Shown here piece after piece: positions 16,878-27,307 of a DNA stretch of 64,000 nt; position 1 is the stretch's first letter; every line of letters begins with the position of its first letter. Origin of the DNA: an uncultured Collinsella sp. (lineage in GTDB: Bacteria; Actinomycetota; Coriobacteriia; Coriobacteriales; Coriobacteriaceae); the NCBI GenBank assembly GCA_959606035.1, contig CAUHHB010000001.1:343886-407885 (forward strand). The letters are read 5' to 3'. The notes beneath the pieces are model-generated. The model had not been told where the DNA came from and did no database searches. It saw only the letters and a list, made by a program, of their open reading frames with translations. The position numbers and the translations under genes are program-made.

Positions 16878-19016
16878 ATGGAGGTGCTGGTTGTTGGCAA
16901 CACCGCATATGTTGACGATGACTTTTGTGCCAAGGCGTTCCCCGGGGACCACGTTAAGGTCGTCGCTGCCGCAGAAGCGCGCCGCGATGAGTCGTCGCCC
17001 CATGCCTCGTGGAAAGAACTGCTCCAGCACTTGGAGCAGGCCTATGAGTTCGACCGCGTGGTCTACCTTTCTAATTACCTTACCCCGCATATCGATAGCG
17101 TGGGCGATATCGAGCTGCTGCGTTCGGTCTTTCGCGCGTGCATGGGTCGCCGGATCCAGCTGTTGTATATAGCAGGTCCCGCAGGTGCCGAGGGTGCCGC
17201 CGATGCCGCGGGGCGAACGGGCAAGGGCATTATCGCGCACGCAGCCAACGACCTGTGCCGCTACTACGCTGCTCGCGAGGGCGTTCAGACCAAGATCCTG
17301 CGCGTGCCCTTCCTGTACACTGCCTCCGCCGCGCTGGAAGATCCGTTTTTGGTGCCGTTGTTCGATGCGTGCTCAACCGGATCGGTTGCTCTGCAGGGCG
17401 CGGAGGATGCGGCGTTTCCCCTGCTGTGCGCCGAGGAACTCGCGGTGCTGATTCGCCGCATCTTTGATAGCTGGGATGCCTCTTTTGAGACGCTCGACGT
17501 TGCCGATGCCTTCCATCACACGGCGGGTGAAGTGGGCGAGGCCCTTAAGGCGCTGTTCCCCGGCCTTGCCGTTGCCTATGGTGATTCTGCCGGCTACGCC
17601 CTGCCCGCCAGCGACGTCGCTCGCGTTCGCTATGGCTGGTTTCAGCGCTACGACTTGCTGCGCGATCTTTCGACCATTCAGGCGCGTTGGGATGCTGGTC
17701 GCGCAAAGAAGGTCAACCCCTTGCGCGCCGCCATCGACCGCATCCAGATGCGCACGCAGCTTATTAAATGCCTGGAGACGGGCGTTGCCTGGGTTCTGTT
17801 CGAGGTGCTGGAGCATCTGTTCTCACAATCGGCCCAGCTCAACGTGCTCGATTATCGCCTGCTCTACGTGGTACTGATCGGCACGCTGTATGGCTTGGAC
17901 TTTGGCCTGGTTGCGGCGCTGCTGGCGTCGGTGGGTTTGGTCGCGAGTTGCTTTACTCAGTACGGCTATACATTCCAGGGCCTGTTCTATGAGCCGTCCA
18001 ACTGGCTGCCGTTTATTGCGTACTTTGTGGTTGGCGCCGTGTGCGGCTATGTGCAGCTGCGCAACAGCGAAGCCATTAGGGCGGAGCGCGATCAAAACGA
18101 GCTCGTGCGCAACCGCAATACGTTCCTTACGCAGCTCTACCACGACGCGATCGAGGACAAGCGCGCGTACAGGCGCCAGATCGTGGGTCGCCACGACAGC
18201 TTTGGCAAGATCTTTGCCGTGACGCAGGAGCTCGACGTGCTCAACCCACGCGACATCTATCGCAAGTGCTGCGAGCTTCTGGGCGAGATTCTCGAGAACG
18301 ATTCGGTGGCGATCTACCATGTTTCTGGCGGGGCATTTGCACGCCTGGTGGCGGCAAGTCCCGCGATTGCCGAAGATGCCGCACGCTCGCTCACGCTTGA
18401 GCAGCTTGCACCTCTTTTGGGCGACGGGGGTCGTTCGAACCTGTTGGTGAACCGCGAGCTGACGCCGGGGCTTCCCATGTTTGGATACACGATCGAGCGC
18501 GACGGGGCACCCGCCGTGTTGATCTTTGTGCGTAGTGCGGCCGAAAACCAAATGACCCTCTATTATCAAAATCTGTTCCGTATCTTGTGCGGGCTGGTCG
18601 AAAGCGCGCTGGGCCGTGCCTTTGACTATGAGGCGGTGGCGCAGGATAAACGCTGCGTTGACGGCACTTGCGTGCTCAAGCAGGCGGCCTTTGGCCAAGA
18701 GCTTGCGGCGGAGCAGGCGCTGGCAGATAGCAAGATGGGGAGTTTTTTGCTCCTGCGCGTGGTACCGGGCATGGAGCCTGTCGGCGAGCTGGTGGGCGCA
18801 ATTGGGTCGGCAATCCGCGAGAGCGACGCGGCGGGCTTGGTCGACGGCAACGTGCTCTACCTGCTTTTGCGCCAGGCAAAGGCGTGCGATCTTCCCATTA
18901 TCCGCGAGCGCCTGAGCGCAAAGCAGATTGCGGTGGAGCCCGTCGACGGCGAGGGCATCGTGGAGCTGCTGCAGCACATCTCTTACACCGGTGACGGTGA
19001 GGGGGGTGCCGCTTGA
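16878..19016 (+). CDS. pelD: PelD-like c-di-GMP receptor (membrane protein; GAF + degenerate GGDEF) with an extra N-terminal Rossmann/SDR-like degenerate domain
   Basis: First gene of a pelDEAFG-ordered, translationally coupled operon. Hydrophobic TM block VAWVLFEVLEHLF...VVLIGTLYGLDFGLVAALLASVGLVASCF is followed by a GAF/GGDEF-like soluble region lacking the GG(D/E)EF motif. N-terminal ~230 aa (VLVVGNTAYV...) is Rossmann-like without a GxxGxxG. Confidence 0.55.
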   Translation: MEVLVVGNTAYVDDDFCAKAFPGDHVKVVAAAEARRDESSPHASWKELLQHLEQAYEFDRVVYLSNYLTPHIDSVGDIELLRSVFRACMGRRIQLLYIAGPAGAEGAADAAGRTGKGIIAHAANDLCRYYAAREGVQTKILRVPFLYTASAALEDPFLVPLFDACSTGSVALQGAEDAAFPLLCAEELAVLIRRIFDSWDASFETLDVADAFHHTAGEVGEALKALFPGLAVAYGDSAGYALPASDVARVRYGWFQRYDLLRDLSTIQARWDAGRAKKVNPLRAAIDRIQMRTQLIKCLETGVAWVLFEVLEHLFSQSAQLNVLDYRLLYVVLIGTLYGLDFGLVAALLASVGLVASCFTQYGYTFQGLFYEPSNWLPFIAYFVVGAVCGYVQLRNSEAIRAERDQNELVRNRNTFLTQLYHDAIEDKRAYRRQIVGRHDSFGKIFAVTQELDVLNPRDIYRKCCELLGEILENDSVAIYHVSGGAFARLVAASPAIAEDAARSLTLEQLAPLLGDGGRSNLLVNRELTPGLPMFGYTIERDGAPAVLIFVRSAAENQMTLYYQNLFRILCGLVESALGRAFDYEAVAQDKRCVDGTCVLKQAAFGQELAAEQALADSKMGSFLLLRVVPGMEPVGELVGAIGSAIRESDAAGLVDGNVLYLLLRQAKACDLPIIRERLSAKQIAVEPVDGEGIVELLQHISYTGDGEGGAA

Positions 19017-19918
19017 TCTCGCTTGTCGTTGCTGCCGTCTTGCTGCTGATTCATGCGCTGGTTTGCCTGATGCTGTGGACGCTCATGAAGCTGGGCCTGC
19101 TGCCGGTGCGCGGGCACATGCTGGCTGTGATAGTGCTGGTGCCGCTGTGGGGCCCGTTGCTGGTGGTTTTGCTATCGGTCCGCAGCGCGGTGTTTGGCGA
19201 GGGACTGAAAGAGTCTGCGCTGGAGTCGCTGCGCTTCAACGACGACCTGCATCGCAGCATCCTGGTGCACGAACGTGATGCCGATGCAGGCGTAGTGCCG
19301 CTCGAGGAGGCGCTCATCGTCAACGATCCGGCATACCGGCGCCGCCTAATGCTCTCCATGCTCACCGAGGAGCCCGACGCTTACCTGGCGCAGCTGCAGG
19401 CGGCTAAGCTTAACGACGACGTTGAGGTGGCGCACTATGCCGCGACGGCGGTGGCGCAGATCTCCAAGGAGTCCGACCTTAGACTGCAGCAGCTGGAACG
19501 TGCCTTTAAGACGGACCCGAGCGCTCAAAACCTCAACGAATACTGCGATTTTCTTGGTGAATACTTGGGTTCGGGCTTGGCTGAGGGGCGCGTGGCTCAG
19601 ATTCAGCGCCAACAGTACGCGCTCCTGCTTGCGCGTCGCTGTGAGCGCGAGGATACCCTTGAGCTGCGCATTCGATACGCGACGGCGCTGGCCGATGTCG
19701 GACAGATCGACGAGGCACAGGCCGTGACCGACCAGCTGGTGCTCGACGTGCCCGAGGAGCAGGAGGTTTGGATGCTTTGCCTGCGCCTGGCCGTGATGCG
19801 CCGCGACGGTGACGAGGTCCACCGCGTGATCGACGCGATCGACAACCAACATGTGTATTTGAGCGCCGACAACCGCGAAAAGTTGGCGTTTTGGCGCGAC
19901 GGGGAGGAGGCCAGATGA
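19013..19918 (+). CDS. pelE: PelE-like inner-membrane TPR protein
   Basis: Two N-terminal TM helices, then a helical repeat region (AHYAATAVAQ..., LARRCERED...) consistent with TPR. Position between pelD and pelA. Overlaps both neighbours. Confidence 0.55.
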   Translation: MISLVVAAVLLLIHALVCLMLWTLMKLGLLPVRGHMLAVIVLVPLWGPLLVVLLSVRSAVFGEGLKESALESLRFNDDLHRSILVHERDADAGVVPLEEALIVNDPAYRRRLMLSMLTEEPDAYLAQLQAAKLNDDVEVAHYAATAVAQISKESDLRLQQLERAFKTDPSAQNLNEYCDFLGEYLGSGLAEGRVAQIQRQQYALLLARRCEREDTLELRIRYATALADVGQIDEAQAVTDQLVLDVPEEQEVWMLCLRLAVMRRDGDEVHRVIDAIDNQHVYLSADNREKLAFWRDGEEAR

Positions 19919-21795
19919 GCGTGGTGCAACATATCCGCGACCGTGCAGGCCGCTTTCGTTGGATGGGGCTGCTCGTAGTGTGGGCTGTTTTTATCGTCAT
20001 GGCCGCCGTGCTGCTGGTGGAGCGTGCCGGCGTGCAGTACAGTGCGGGCCAGCATAAGCTGGGGATGCTGGCCGCCAACGATGCGGTGCCGGCCTCCTCG
20101 GCAATCTTTGGCCAAAAGCCCACGTGCCTGGTCATTACCGATTCCGATCAAGCTGGCGTCGAGGACGTAAAGGAGCAGTTCGACCAGATCCTGCTCGACA
20201 TGAAGATCGCGCACCGCGACGTGGACCTTGCCCTGGATGGTGCGGATGCCATTCCCTCGCTGACCTCCTTCGATCGCGTGATTTTGCTCATGCCGTCGCT
20301 CGATGGGCTCGGTACGCACCTGAGCGACATTATGAGTTGGGTGAGTGCCGGCGGTTCGCTTATGCTCGCCATGCCGCCGGATAACTCGAGCTATCTGCAA
20401 GTGATTGCCTCCAAGCTTGGCATTGAATCGGCCGGATATGACTATGTAAAAGCCGAAAGCATTGTGCCGAGCGAGGACTTTATGCTGGGCGGGGGAGAGC
20501 GCTACGAGCTCTCGGACCCCTTTGATTCGTCGCTTTCGGTATCGCTGCGCGAGACGGCGCGTGATTGGGCTAAGACTGGCGATGCGGGCGCCCCGCTCAT
20601 TTGGTCGAATGACTGCGGTGGCGGGCGCACCGTGGTATGCAATATCGGTATCTATGACAAGGTCATGCGTGGCTTTTACGCCGCGGCGATCAGTCTGCTG
20701 GGTAATACCACGGCCTATCCGGTCATCAACAGCGCCGTGTTCTATTTGGACGACTTTCCCAGCCCCGTGCCCTCGGGCGATGGTACTTATATCAAGCGTG
20801 ACTACGGCCTTTCCATTGCCGATTTTTACACCAAGGTCTGGTGGCCCGATCTGCAAAAGCTCGCGCAAAAATACGGCATTCGCTATACCGGCGTGATGAT
20901 CGAAAACTACGAGGACGCGGTCAACCAGACCGAGCCCGCGCGACAGGCCGATACCACGCAGTTCCGCTACTTTGGTGGCATGCTGCTGCAGATGGGCGGA
21001 GAGCTGGGCTTTCACGGCTACAACCATCAGCCTCTGGCGCTCTGGGACACCGACTACGGCACGCTGTACGTCTACAAGACCTGGAAGAACAAAGAGACGC
21101 TCGTCGCTTCGCTCAACGAACTTATCGCGTTTCAGGACGAGGTCCTGCCCAACGCTCACGGCTCGGTTTACGTACCGCCGTCGAATATCCTTTCGGCCCG
21201 AGCGCGCAAGATTATCGGCGACGACGTTCCGCGAATTAAGACCATTGCCAGTACGTATTTTGAGGATGGCACCGACCTGCCGTACGTGCAGGAGTTTGGC
21301 GTGGCGAGCGATGGCATTGTGGAGCAGCCACGTATTGTCTCGGGCGGCATGGTCGACGATTCCTATATGCGCCTGGCAGCCGTGTCCGAGCTCAACATGC
21401 ACTACGTGAGCACGCACTTTATGCACCCGGACGACCTTTTGGACCCCGATCGCGGAGCCAAGGAGGGCTGGGGGGTCTACAAGGGCGGCCTGGTCGACTT
21501 CCTGGAGTGGCTTACCAAATTCGCGCCCGATCTGCGGCACCAGACGGCGTCGGAGTGCTCCGGTGCCATCCAGCGCTTTTCGTCGGTTACGGTGAGCGTG
21601 GATACCAGCGCGGATGCCTGGGCGCTCAGCCTGGGCAATTTCCACGACGAGGCGTGGCTCATGTTCCGCGCCAATAATGGCGAGCCGGGTGCGGTGACGG
21701 GTGGCGAACTGACGCACCTTACGGGCAGTCTGTATCTGCTCAAGGCCACGGACAAGACGGTGACCATTGCGCGCAAGGAGGGTGGCGATAAATGA
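19915..21795 (+). CDS. pelA: PelA-like polysaccharide deacetylase/hydrolase (membrane-anchored)
   Basis: N-terminal TM anchor WMGLLVVWAVFIVMAAVLLV, then a large soluble domain (…FHGYNHQPLALWDTDYG…) in the pelA position. ATG 19915 overlaps the pelE stop (ATGA) after a GGGGAGGAGG RBS. Confidence 0.5.
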   Translation: MSVVQHIRDRAGRFRWMGLLVVWAVFIVMAAVLLVERAGVQYSAGQHKLGMLAANDAVPASSAIFGQKPTCLVITDSDQAGVEDVKEQFDQILLDMKIAHRDVDLALDGADAIPSLTSFDRVILLMPSLDGLGTHLSDIMSWVSAGGSLMLAMPPDNSSYLQVIASKLGIESAGYDYVKAESIVPSEDFMLGGGERYELSDPFDSSLSVSLRETARDWAKTGDAGAPLIWSNDCGGGRTVVCNIGIYDKVMRGFYAAAISLLGNTTAYPVINSAVFYLDDFPSPVPSGDGTYIKRDYGLSIADFYTKVWWPDLQKLAQKYGIRYTGVMIENYEDAVNQTEPARQADTTQFRYFGGMLLQMGGELGFHGYNHQPLALWDTDYGTLYVYKTWKNKETLVASLNELIAFQDEVLPNAHGSVYVPPSNILSARARKIIGDDVPRIKTIASTYFEDGTDLPYVQEFGVASDGIVEQPRIVSGGMVDDSYMRLAAVSELNMHYVSTHFMHPDDLLDPDRGAKEGWGVYKGGLVDFLEWLTKFAPDLRHQTASECSGAIQRFSSVTVSVDTSADAWALSLGNFHDEAWLMFRANNGEPGAVTGGELTHLTGSLYLLKATDKTVTIARKEGGDK

Positions 21796-23219
21796 GAATC
21801 TGCTTGGTACTCGAGGGTTGCTACCCCTATGTGCACGGCGGCGTATCTACCTGGATGCATGGCTATATCCAGGCCATGCCCGAGCACGAGTTCGTGCTTT
21901 GGGTAATCGGCGCGCATGCTGCCGACCGCGGCAAGTTTGTCTACGAGCTGCCCAGCAACGTGGTCGAGGTGCACGAGGTGTTCCTGGACGATGCCCTGCG
22001 GCTTTCGGGCGAGCAACATGAAGCCAGTTTTAACGACCGTGAGCGCGAGGCGCTACGCCGTCTGGTATCGCTTTCCAATCCGGACTGGGACGTGTTATTC
22101 GATATCTTCCACCGCCGTCGCGTGCATCCGCTATCGTTTTTGCAGAGCCGCACGTTTATGGATATCTTTCGCGACGTGTGCCTGGCCGAGTATCCCTACA
22201 CGCCCTTTGCCGATGCATTTCACACCATGCGCTCCATGTTGCTGCCCGTGCTCTACCTGTTGGGCAGCGAGGTGCCGGTGGCCGATGTGTACCATGCCAT
22301 CTCGACCGGCTACGGCGGCCTGCTCGCCTGTCTGGGCTCGAGCGTTCACCATGCGCCGGTGCTGCTAACCGAACACGGCATCTATACCCGTGAGCGCGAG
22401 GAAGAGATCATTCGCGCCGACTGGGTGGTGCCCTCGTTTAAGGACCGCTGGATTCGCTTTTTCTACCTGCTTTCGGAGGAGATCTACCGCCGCGCCTTCC
22501 GCGTGACCAGCCTATTCCACAACGCCCGCAAGACGCAGATCGATATGGGCTGCGATGCGGACAAATGCCTGGTCATTCCCAACGGCATCCAGTTCGATCG
22601 CTTTAAGGATATTCCCTTAAAGACCGATGACGGCTGGGTGGACATTGGCGCGGTGGTGCGCCTGGCGCCCATCAAGGATGTCAAGACCATGATTTATGCC
22701 TTCTTTGAGCTGCACGAGCGCCTGCCCAAGGTGCGCCTGCACATCATGGGCGGCGTGGACGACGAGGAGTACGGCGCCGAGTGCCACGCGCTGGTCGAAA
22801 CCCTGGGCGTGCGCGACCTGATCTTTACCGGCCGCGTCAACGTGGTCGAGTACATGGAAAAGCTCGACTTTACCATTTTGACGAGCATCTCCGAGGGCCA
22901 GCCGCTCAGCGTGCTGGAGTCGCTTGCAGCGCGCCGTCCCTGCGTGACGACTGAGGTGGGCTGCTGTCGCGAGCTTCTCGAAGGCGCCCCGGGAGACGAC
23001 TTTGGCGTGGCGGGTTTTGTGACGCCGCCCATGTATCGCAAGGGCTTGGCCGATGCCATGGAACGCATGTGCACAAGCCGCGCTCGTCGCATTGAGATGG
23101 GGGAGCGCGGCCAGCGTCGCGTTGCCACGTACTTCTTGCACGAGCAGATGCTTGCCAACTATCGCGCGCTGTACGACGAGACGGCGCGTGCGTTTGACCT
23201 GCCCAGAGAGGGGGAGTAG
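21792..23219 (+). CDS. pelF: PelF glycosyltransferase (GT4 family)
   Basis: N-terminal MRICLVLEGCYPYVHGGVSTWMHGYI is characteristic of PelF. C-terminal GT4 block ...ISEGQPLSVLESLAARRPCVTTEVG. ATGA overlap with pelA. Confidence 0.85.
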   Translation: MRICLVLEGCYPYVHGGVSTWMHGYIQAMPEHEFVLWVIGAHAADRGKFVYELPSNVVEVHEVFLDDALRLSGEQHEASFNDREREALRRLVSLSNPDWDVLFDIFHRRRVHPLSFLQSRTFMDIFRDVCLAEYPYTPFADAFHTMRSMLLPVLYLLGSEVPVADVYHAISTGYGGLLACLGSSVHHAPVLLTEHGIYTREREEEIIRADWVVPSFKDRWIRFFYLLSEEIYRRAFRVTSLFHNARKTQIDMGCDADKCLVIPNGIQFDRFKDIPLKTDDGWVDIGAVVRLAPIKDVKTMIYAFFELHERLPKVRLHIMGGVDDEEYGAECHALVETLGVRDLIFTGRVNVVEYMEKLDFTILTSISEGQPLSVLESLAARRPCVTTEVGCCRELLEGAPGDDFGVAGFVTPPMYRKGLADAMERMCTSRARRIEMGERGQRRVATYFLHEQMLANYRALYDETARAFDLPREGE

Positions 23220-23222
23220 CCG

Positions 23223-24767
23223 GTGGCCGGAATAGGTTTTGAGCTCAAGCGCCTGTTTAGGCGCAAGGGCCTGTTTGCCACGATGCGCGCTTACGGCTAC
23301 GCCGGCATTGTGTGCACGGGCCCCATGCTGCTGGGCGTGCTGCTTCAGGTGGGTATCTTGGTGCTGTGCGGTCTGTGGGGCGTTGGTCGCGCCAACCAGG
23401 ACTTGCTGGTGTGCATGGTGACCTATACGCTGCTGGCCTCGCTTACGCTCACGAGCTTTTTCTCCATGCCGGTCACGCGCTTTTTGGCCGACATGCTTTT
23501 TGCCGAGCGCGAGGAAGAGATCTTGCCCTCGTTTTGGGGCTCCAATGCTGTCATGCTCGTTGCGGGCACGGTGCTCTACGGTGTCTTTCTGCTGTTCTCG
23601 GGCGCCACGCTGCTGCAGGGGCTGCTATGCCTGTGGCTGTTCAACATTATGATCGTCAACTGGAACGGCATGAGCTATCTCACCGCTATTAAGGATTACC
23701 GCGGTATCCTGTGCAGCTTTGCGGCTGCCATTGGCGTGGCGTGCCTGTGCGCCCTGGCCGCGCTGGCGCTGGGACTGCCGCCGGTCGAGGGCCTGTTGGC
23801 GTCAATTGCTCTGGGCTACGGCGTTATGCTCGCCTGCGACGTGGTGCTGCTGTACCGGTATTTTCCGCAGAGCGAACGCAGCCCCTGGCTCTTTTTACGG
23901 TGGCTTGATCAGTTTATGCCGTTGGCGCTCACGGGCTTGTTCACCAACCTGGGCCTCTTTGCGCACTTGGTGATAATTTGGGCCGGTCCCATTGGCGTGC
24001 TGGTCAAGGGCTTGTTTTATGGTGCGCCCTACCACGATGTGCCGGCGCTCATCGCGTTTTTGACGATCCTGGTCACGTCCGTCAACTTTGTGGTCTCAGT
24101 CGAGGTCAACTTTTATCCGCGTTACCGCGACTACTACAGCCTGTTCAACGACGGTGGCGTGGTGGGCGACATTGTGGTGGCCGAGGAGGAAATGCTTGCC
24201 ACGCTCAACCGAGAACTACGGTTTTGTGCGCTCAAGCAGCTGTTTGTGACGGCGGCGGTCATTTCGCTCGAGACCACGGTGCTCTCGGCCCTGCCGCTGG
24301 GCTTTAACAACCTGATGCACGGGTATTTTCGCACGCTGTGCGTGGGCTACGGCCTGTATGCCGTGGGCAACACGATTCTGCTGATCTTGCTGTACTTTAC
24401 CGACTACAAGGGGGCCGTGCTGGCCTCGGGACTGTTTGCCGGTGTGGCCGGGCTGGCGACTGCCGTGTCGTTGCTTTTGCCGCAGCAGTTTTACGGCTTT
24501 GGCTTTTTGTTGGGTGCGGCGGTGTTTTTTATCGTGGCGCTGCTGCGGCTCGATACCTATACCGCCAACTTGCCGTATCGTATCCTGAGTCAGCAGCCCA
24601 TTGTGGCTACTGACAAGACGGGCTGGTTTACACAGCTGGGCCGCTTGCTCGACCGTGCCGAGCAGCGCTATGAGGAAGGTCGCCATAAGGGTGAGCCACA
24701 TGGCGCGTTTGAGCGCGTAGTAGTTCACGTGTATCGCAAGCATTGGGGAGGTTCTGATGACCGATAG
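23223..24767 (+). CDS. pelG: PelG polysaccharide exporter-like polytopic membrane protein
   Basis: N-terminal MAGIGFELKRLFRRKGLFATMRAYGYAGIV is the conserved PelG start. About 12 predicted TM helices. GTG start. Confidence 0.85.
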   Translation: MAGIGFELKRLFRRKGLFATMRAYGYAGIVCTGPMLLGVLLQVGILVLCGLWGVGRANQDLLVCMVTYTLLASLTLTSFFSMPVTRFLADMLFAEREEEILPSFWGSNAVMLVAGTVLYGVFLLFSGATLLQGLLCLWLFNIMIVNWNGMSYLTAIKDYRGILCSFAAAIGVACLCALAALALGLPPVEGLLASIALGYGVMLACDVVLLYRYFPQSERSPWLFLRWLDQFMPLALTGLFTNLGLFAHLVIIWAGPIGVLVKGLFYGAPYHDVPALIAFLTILVTSVNFVVSVEVNFYPRYRDYYSLFNDGGVVGDIVVAEEEMLATLNRELRFCALKQLFVTAAVISLETTVLSALPLGFNNLMHGYFRTLCVGYGLYAVGNTILLILLYFTDYKGAVLASGLFAGVAGLATAVSLLLPQQFYGFGFLLGAAVFFIVALLRLDTYTANLPYRILSQQPIVATDKTGWFTQLGRLLDRAEQRYEEGRHKGEPHGAFERVVVHVYRKHWGGSDDR

Positions 24768-26526
24768 GATGATGTCTCGCCGTCGCTTGTTTGAGGCGGC
24801 TGCCGGTGCGCTGTTGCTTTCGGGCTGCTCGGTGCAGGAAGACTCCTCGACCAAAAAGGTCAAAAAGCAGGACAAGATTAAAAAGGCCGAGTCCTCGGAC
24901 GGTACCAAGCATCTACGCGATAAAGATGAGCTGTACGAGGTCTACGACGACTCGGGTATTGTGACCATGTACCTGACGGTCTCACGCGGCAACAGCTCCG
25001 AGAACACCGACCACAGCTGGGCCGAGATCAATACGTACTCGGTGTATGACTACGCCGACATGGGCGTGACGCGCTATCAGGTTATGGGCCTGCTGCAGGC
25101 GGGCGACGAAGACGGTCCGGTGGCCGGCGAGGTTGGCTATGGCGAGGAAGTGCCCAATGCCACCGTGCAGGTGCGCGGTCAGACATCGAGCATGAACTCG
25201 CAAAAGAATTACAAGGTGGAGCTCAAAAAGGGCAAGGGTACCTGGCGCCAACAGCGTGCGATTGCGCTCAACAAGCACATGGGCGAGGGTATGCGTTTTC
25301 GCAACAAGATGGCCTACGACCTTATCCGCGGGATTCCCCAGATGATGGGCCTTCGCACACAGTTTGTGCATCTGTGGGTGTGCGACCAGACCGAAAAGTC
25401 CAACGATACCTTTGAGGACTACGGCCTGTTTACGCAGGTGGAGCAGCTCAACAAGACGGCGCTTAAGGCACATGGCCTGGATAAGAGCGGGCACCTGTAC
25501 AAGGTGAACAGCTTTGATTTCCATCGCTACGAGGACACCATTAAGCTTGCCGATGATCCCGACTACAACCAGGCAAACTTTGAGGGCATGCTCGAGATCA
25601 AGGGCGATTCGGACCACACCAAGCTCATCGAGATGCTCGATGCGCTCAATGATGAATCGCAAAAGATCGATGATGTGCTCGATACCTACTTTGATACCGA
25701 GAATCTGGTCTATTGGCTGGCGTTTCAGATCCTGACGGGCAACTGCGATACGCAGAACCGTAACTGCTATCTGTACAGCCCGCTTAACTCCAAGGTCTGG
25801 TACATCCTGGATTGGGATAACGACGGCATGCTGCGTAAGCTGGAGCTTTCTCTTACCGGGTTTTCGGACTACGCGAGCTGGGAGCGCGGTGCAAGCAACT
25901 ACTGGGGCAACGTGCTGTTTAACCGCGCGTTGCGCAGCAAGTCGTTCCGCAGCGAACTCGACCGTGCCGTTAAGGGCTTGCGCTCGTATTTGACCGAGAC
26001 TCGCCTGACCAAGATGATCAAGCACTACTGCGAGGTGACTGAATCCCTGGTCTTTGCTTCGCCCGATATCGACAATCTGCCTGTCACCAAGGACCAATAC
26101 GAGCAGATCGCCGCGGCGATTCCCTCCGAGATCGAGGAGAACTACAAGAGCTTTCGCGAGAGTTTTAAAAAGCCCATGCCGTTCTACATCGGCGTGCCGC
26201 AGATCGATAACGGTAAGCTGCGCATTAACTGGGATGCGTCCTACGACTTTGAGGCGCGCGACATTCGCTACACCGTAGAGCTTGCGCGCGACTATGCCAT
26301 AAGCGACGTGGTCTTTAAGGCCGAGGACGTGCTGCTTCCCCAGGTGACCTGCGATGCGCCCGATGCCGGCCAGTATTTTGTGCGCGTGCGTGCCACCAAC
26401 TCCGACGGTTATACGCAAGATGCGTTTGACTACTATGTGACCGACGACGGCAAGCACTACGGCATGAAGTGTTTTTACGTGCAAGACGGCGGTAAGGTCG
26501 TGGAGGACACGTATGAGGAGGGCTAG
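24757..26526 (+). CDS. CotH-family (atypical kinase fold) lipoprotein
   Basis: Lipoprotein signal MSRRRLFEAAAGALLLSGCS. CotH-like core ...NYKVELKKGKGTWRQQRAIALNKHMGEGMRFRNKMAYDLIRGI...QFVHLWV...GLFTQVE. Confidence 0.7.
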   Translation: MTDRMMSRRRLFEAAAGALLLSGCSVQEDSSTKKVKKQDKIKKAESSDGTKHLRDKDELYEVYDDSGIVTMYLTVSRGNSSENTDHSWAEINTYSVYDYADMGVTRYQVMGLLQAGDEDGPVAGEVGYGEEVPNATVQVRGQTSSMNSQKNYKVELKKGKGTWRQQRAIALNKHMGEGMRFRNKMAYDLIRGIPQMMGLRTQFVHLWVCDQTEKSNDTFEDYGLFTQVEQLNKTALKAHGLDKSGHLYKVNSFDFHRYEDTIKLADDPDYNQANFEGMLEIKGDSDHTKLIEMLDALNDESQKIDDVLDTYFDTENLVYWLAFQILTGNCDTQNRNCYLYSPLNSKVWYILDWDNDGMLRKLELSLTGFSDYASWERGASNYWGNVLFNRALRSKSFRSELDRAVKGLRSYLTETRLTKMIKHYCEVTESLVFASPDIDNLPVTKDQYEQIAAAIPSEIEENYKSFRESFKKPMPFYIGVPQIDNGKLRINWDASYDFEARDIRYTVELARDYAISDVVFKAEDVLLPQVTCDAPDAGQYFVRVRATNSDGYTQDAFDYYVTDDGKHYGMKCFYVQDGGKVVEDTYEEG

Positions 26527-27304
26527 CGCGCTGCTTGAGCGCTTGGCGGCTCCGCCTGTCCGTACCACGCAGGAGCGTTACCGCCACGAGCTCAAATATC
26601 TCATTAACGAGGGCGAGCGCGCCGCGCTTGTCTGTCGCATGGCGCCGGTGTTTAAGCTGGACAAGCATGCGCGCTCGGGTGGTTACACCATTCGCAGCCT
26701 GTACTTTGACGACTACTGCAACTCGGCCTACGAGGAAAAAGACGCCGGTATTCTCATGCGCAAAAAGTATCGCGTGCGTATCTATAACGGCAGCGACAAG
26801 GTGATTAAGCTCGAGCGCAAAAAGAAGTACGGCAGCTGGATCTACAAGGAGGACGCGCCGCTTACGCGCGGCGAGTTTGAGCAGATCCTGGCTGGCGACT
26901 ACGACTTTTTGCTGAGGAGCCCGCACCTACTCTGCCGCGAGTTCTACATCGAGTGCATCTGCAACATGATGCGCCCACGGACCATTGTGGACTACGAGCG
27001 CGAGCCGTGGGTGATGGATGAGGGCACCGTGCGCATTACGTTTGACATGAACGTGCGTGCCGCGGTGGGAAGCTTCGATATCTTTGACGCGACGCTGCCC
27101 GCGTTGCCGGTCCTGGAGCCCGGTAAGCTGGTGATGGAGGTCAAGTTTACGGAGTTTTGTCCGCAGCTGGTGCGCGATATGGTGCCGCCGGGCGCGGCCG
27201 AATTCACGGCGGTCTCTAAGTACTGCCTGTGTTATGACAAGACCGCCTACCTGCGCGGATTTAATTATTGGGAATCGGATTTTGAGAACCGAGGGGATAT
27301 TTAG
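26513..27304 (+). CDS. VTC-domain (polyphosphate polymerase-like) protein
   Basis: RYRHELKYLINEGERAALVCRMAP...YTIRSLYFDDYCNSAYEEK...KYRVRIYNG...KLERKKKYGSWIYKE is the VTC/CYTH-like family pattern. Overlaps the CotH gene end. Confidence 0.7.
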   Translation: MRRASALLERLAAPPVRTTQERYRHELKYLINEGERAALVCRMAPVFKLDKHARSGGYTIRSLYFDDYCNSAYEEKDAGILMRKKYRVRIYNGSDKVIKLERKKKYGSWIYKEDAPLTRGEFEQILAGDYDFLLRSPHLLCREFYIECICNMMRPRTIVDYEREPWVMDEGTVRITFDMNVRAAVGSFDIFDATLPALPVLEPGKLVMEVKFTEFCPQLVRDMVPPGAAEFTAVSKYCLCYDKTAYLRGFNYWESDFENRGDI

Positions 27305-27307
27305 ACC

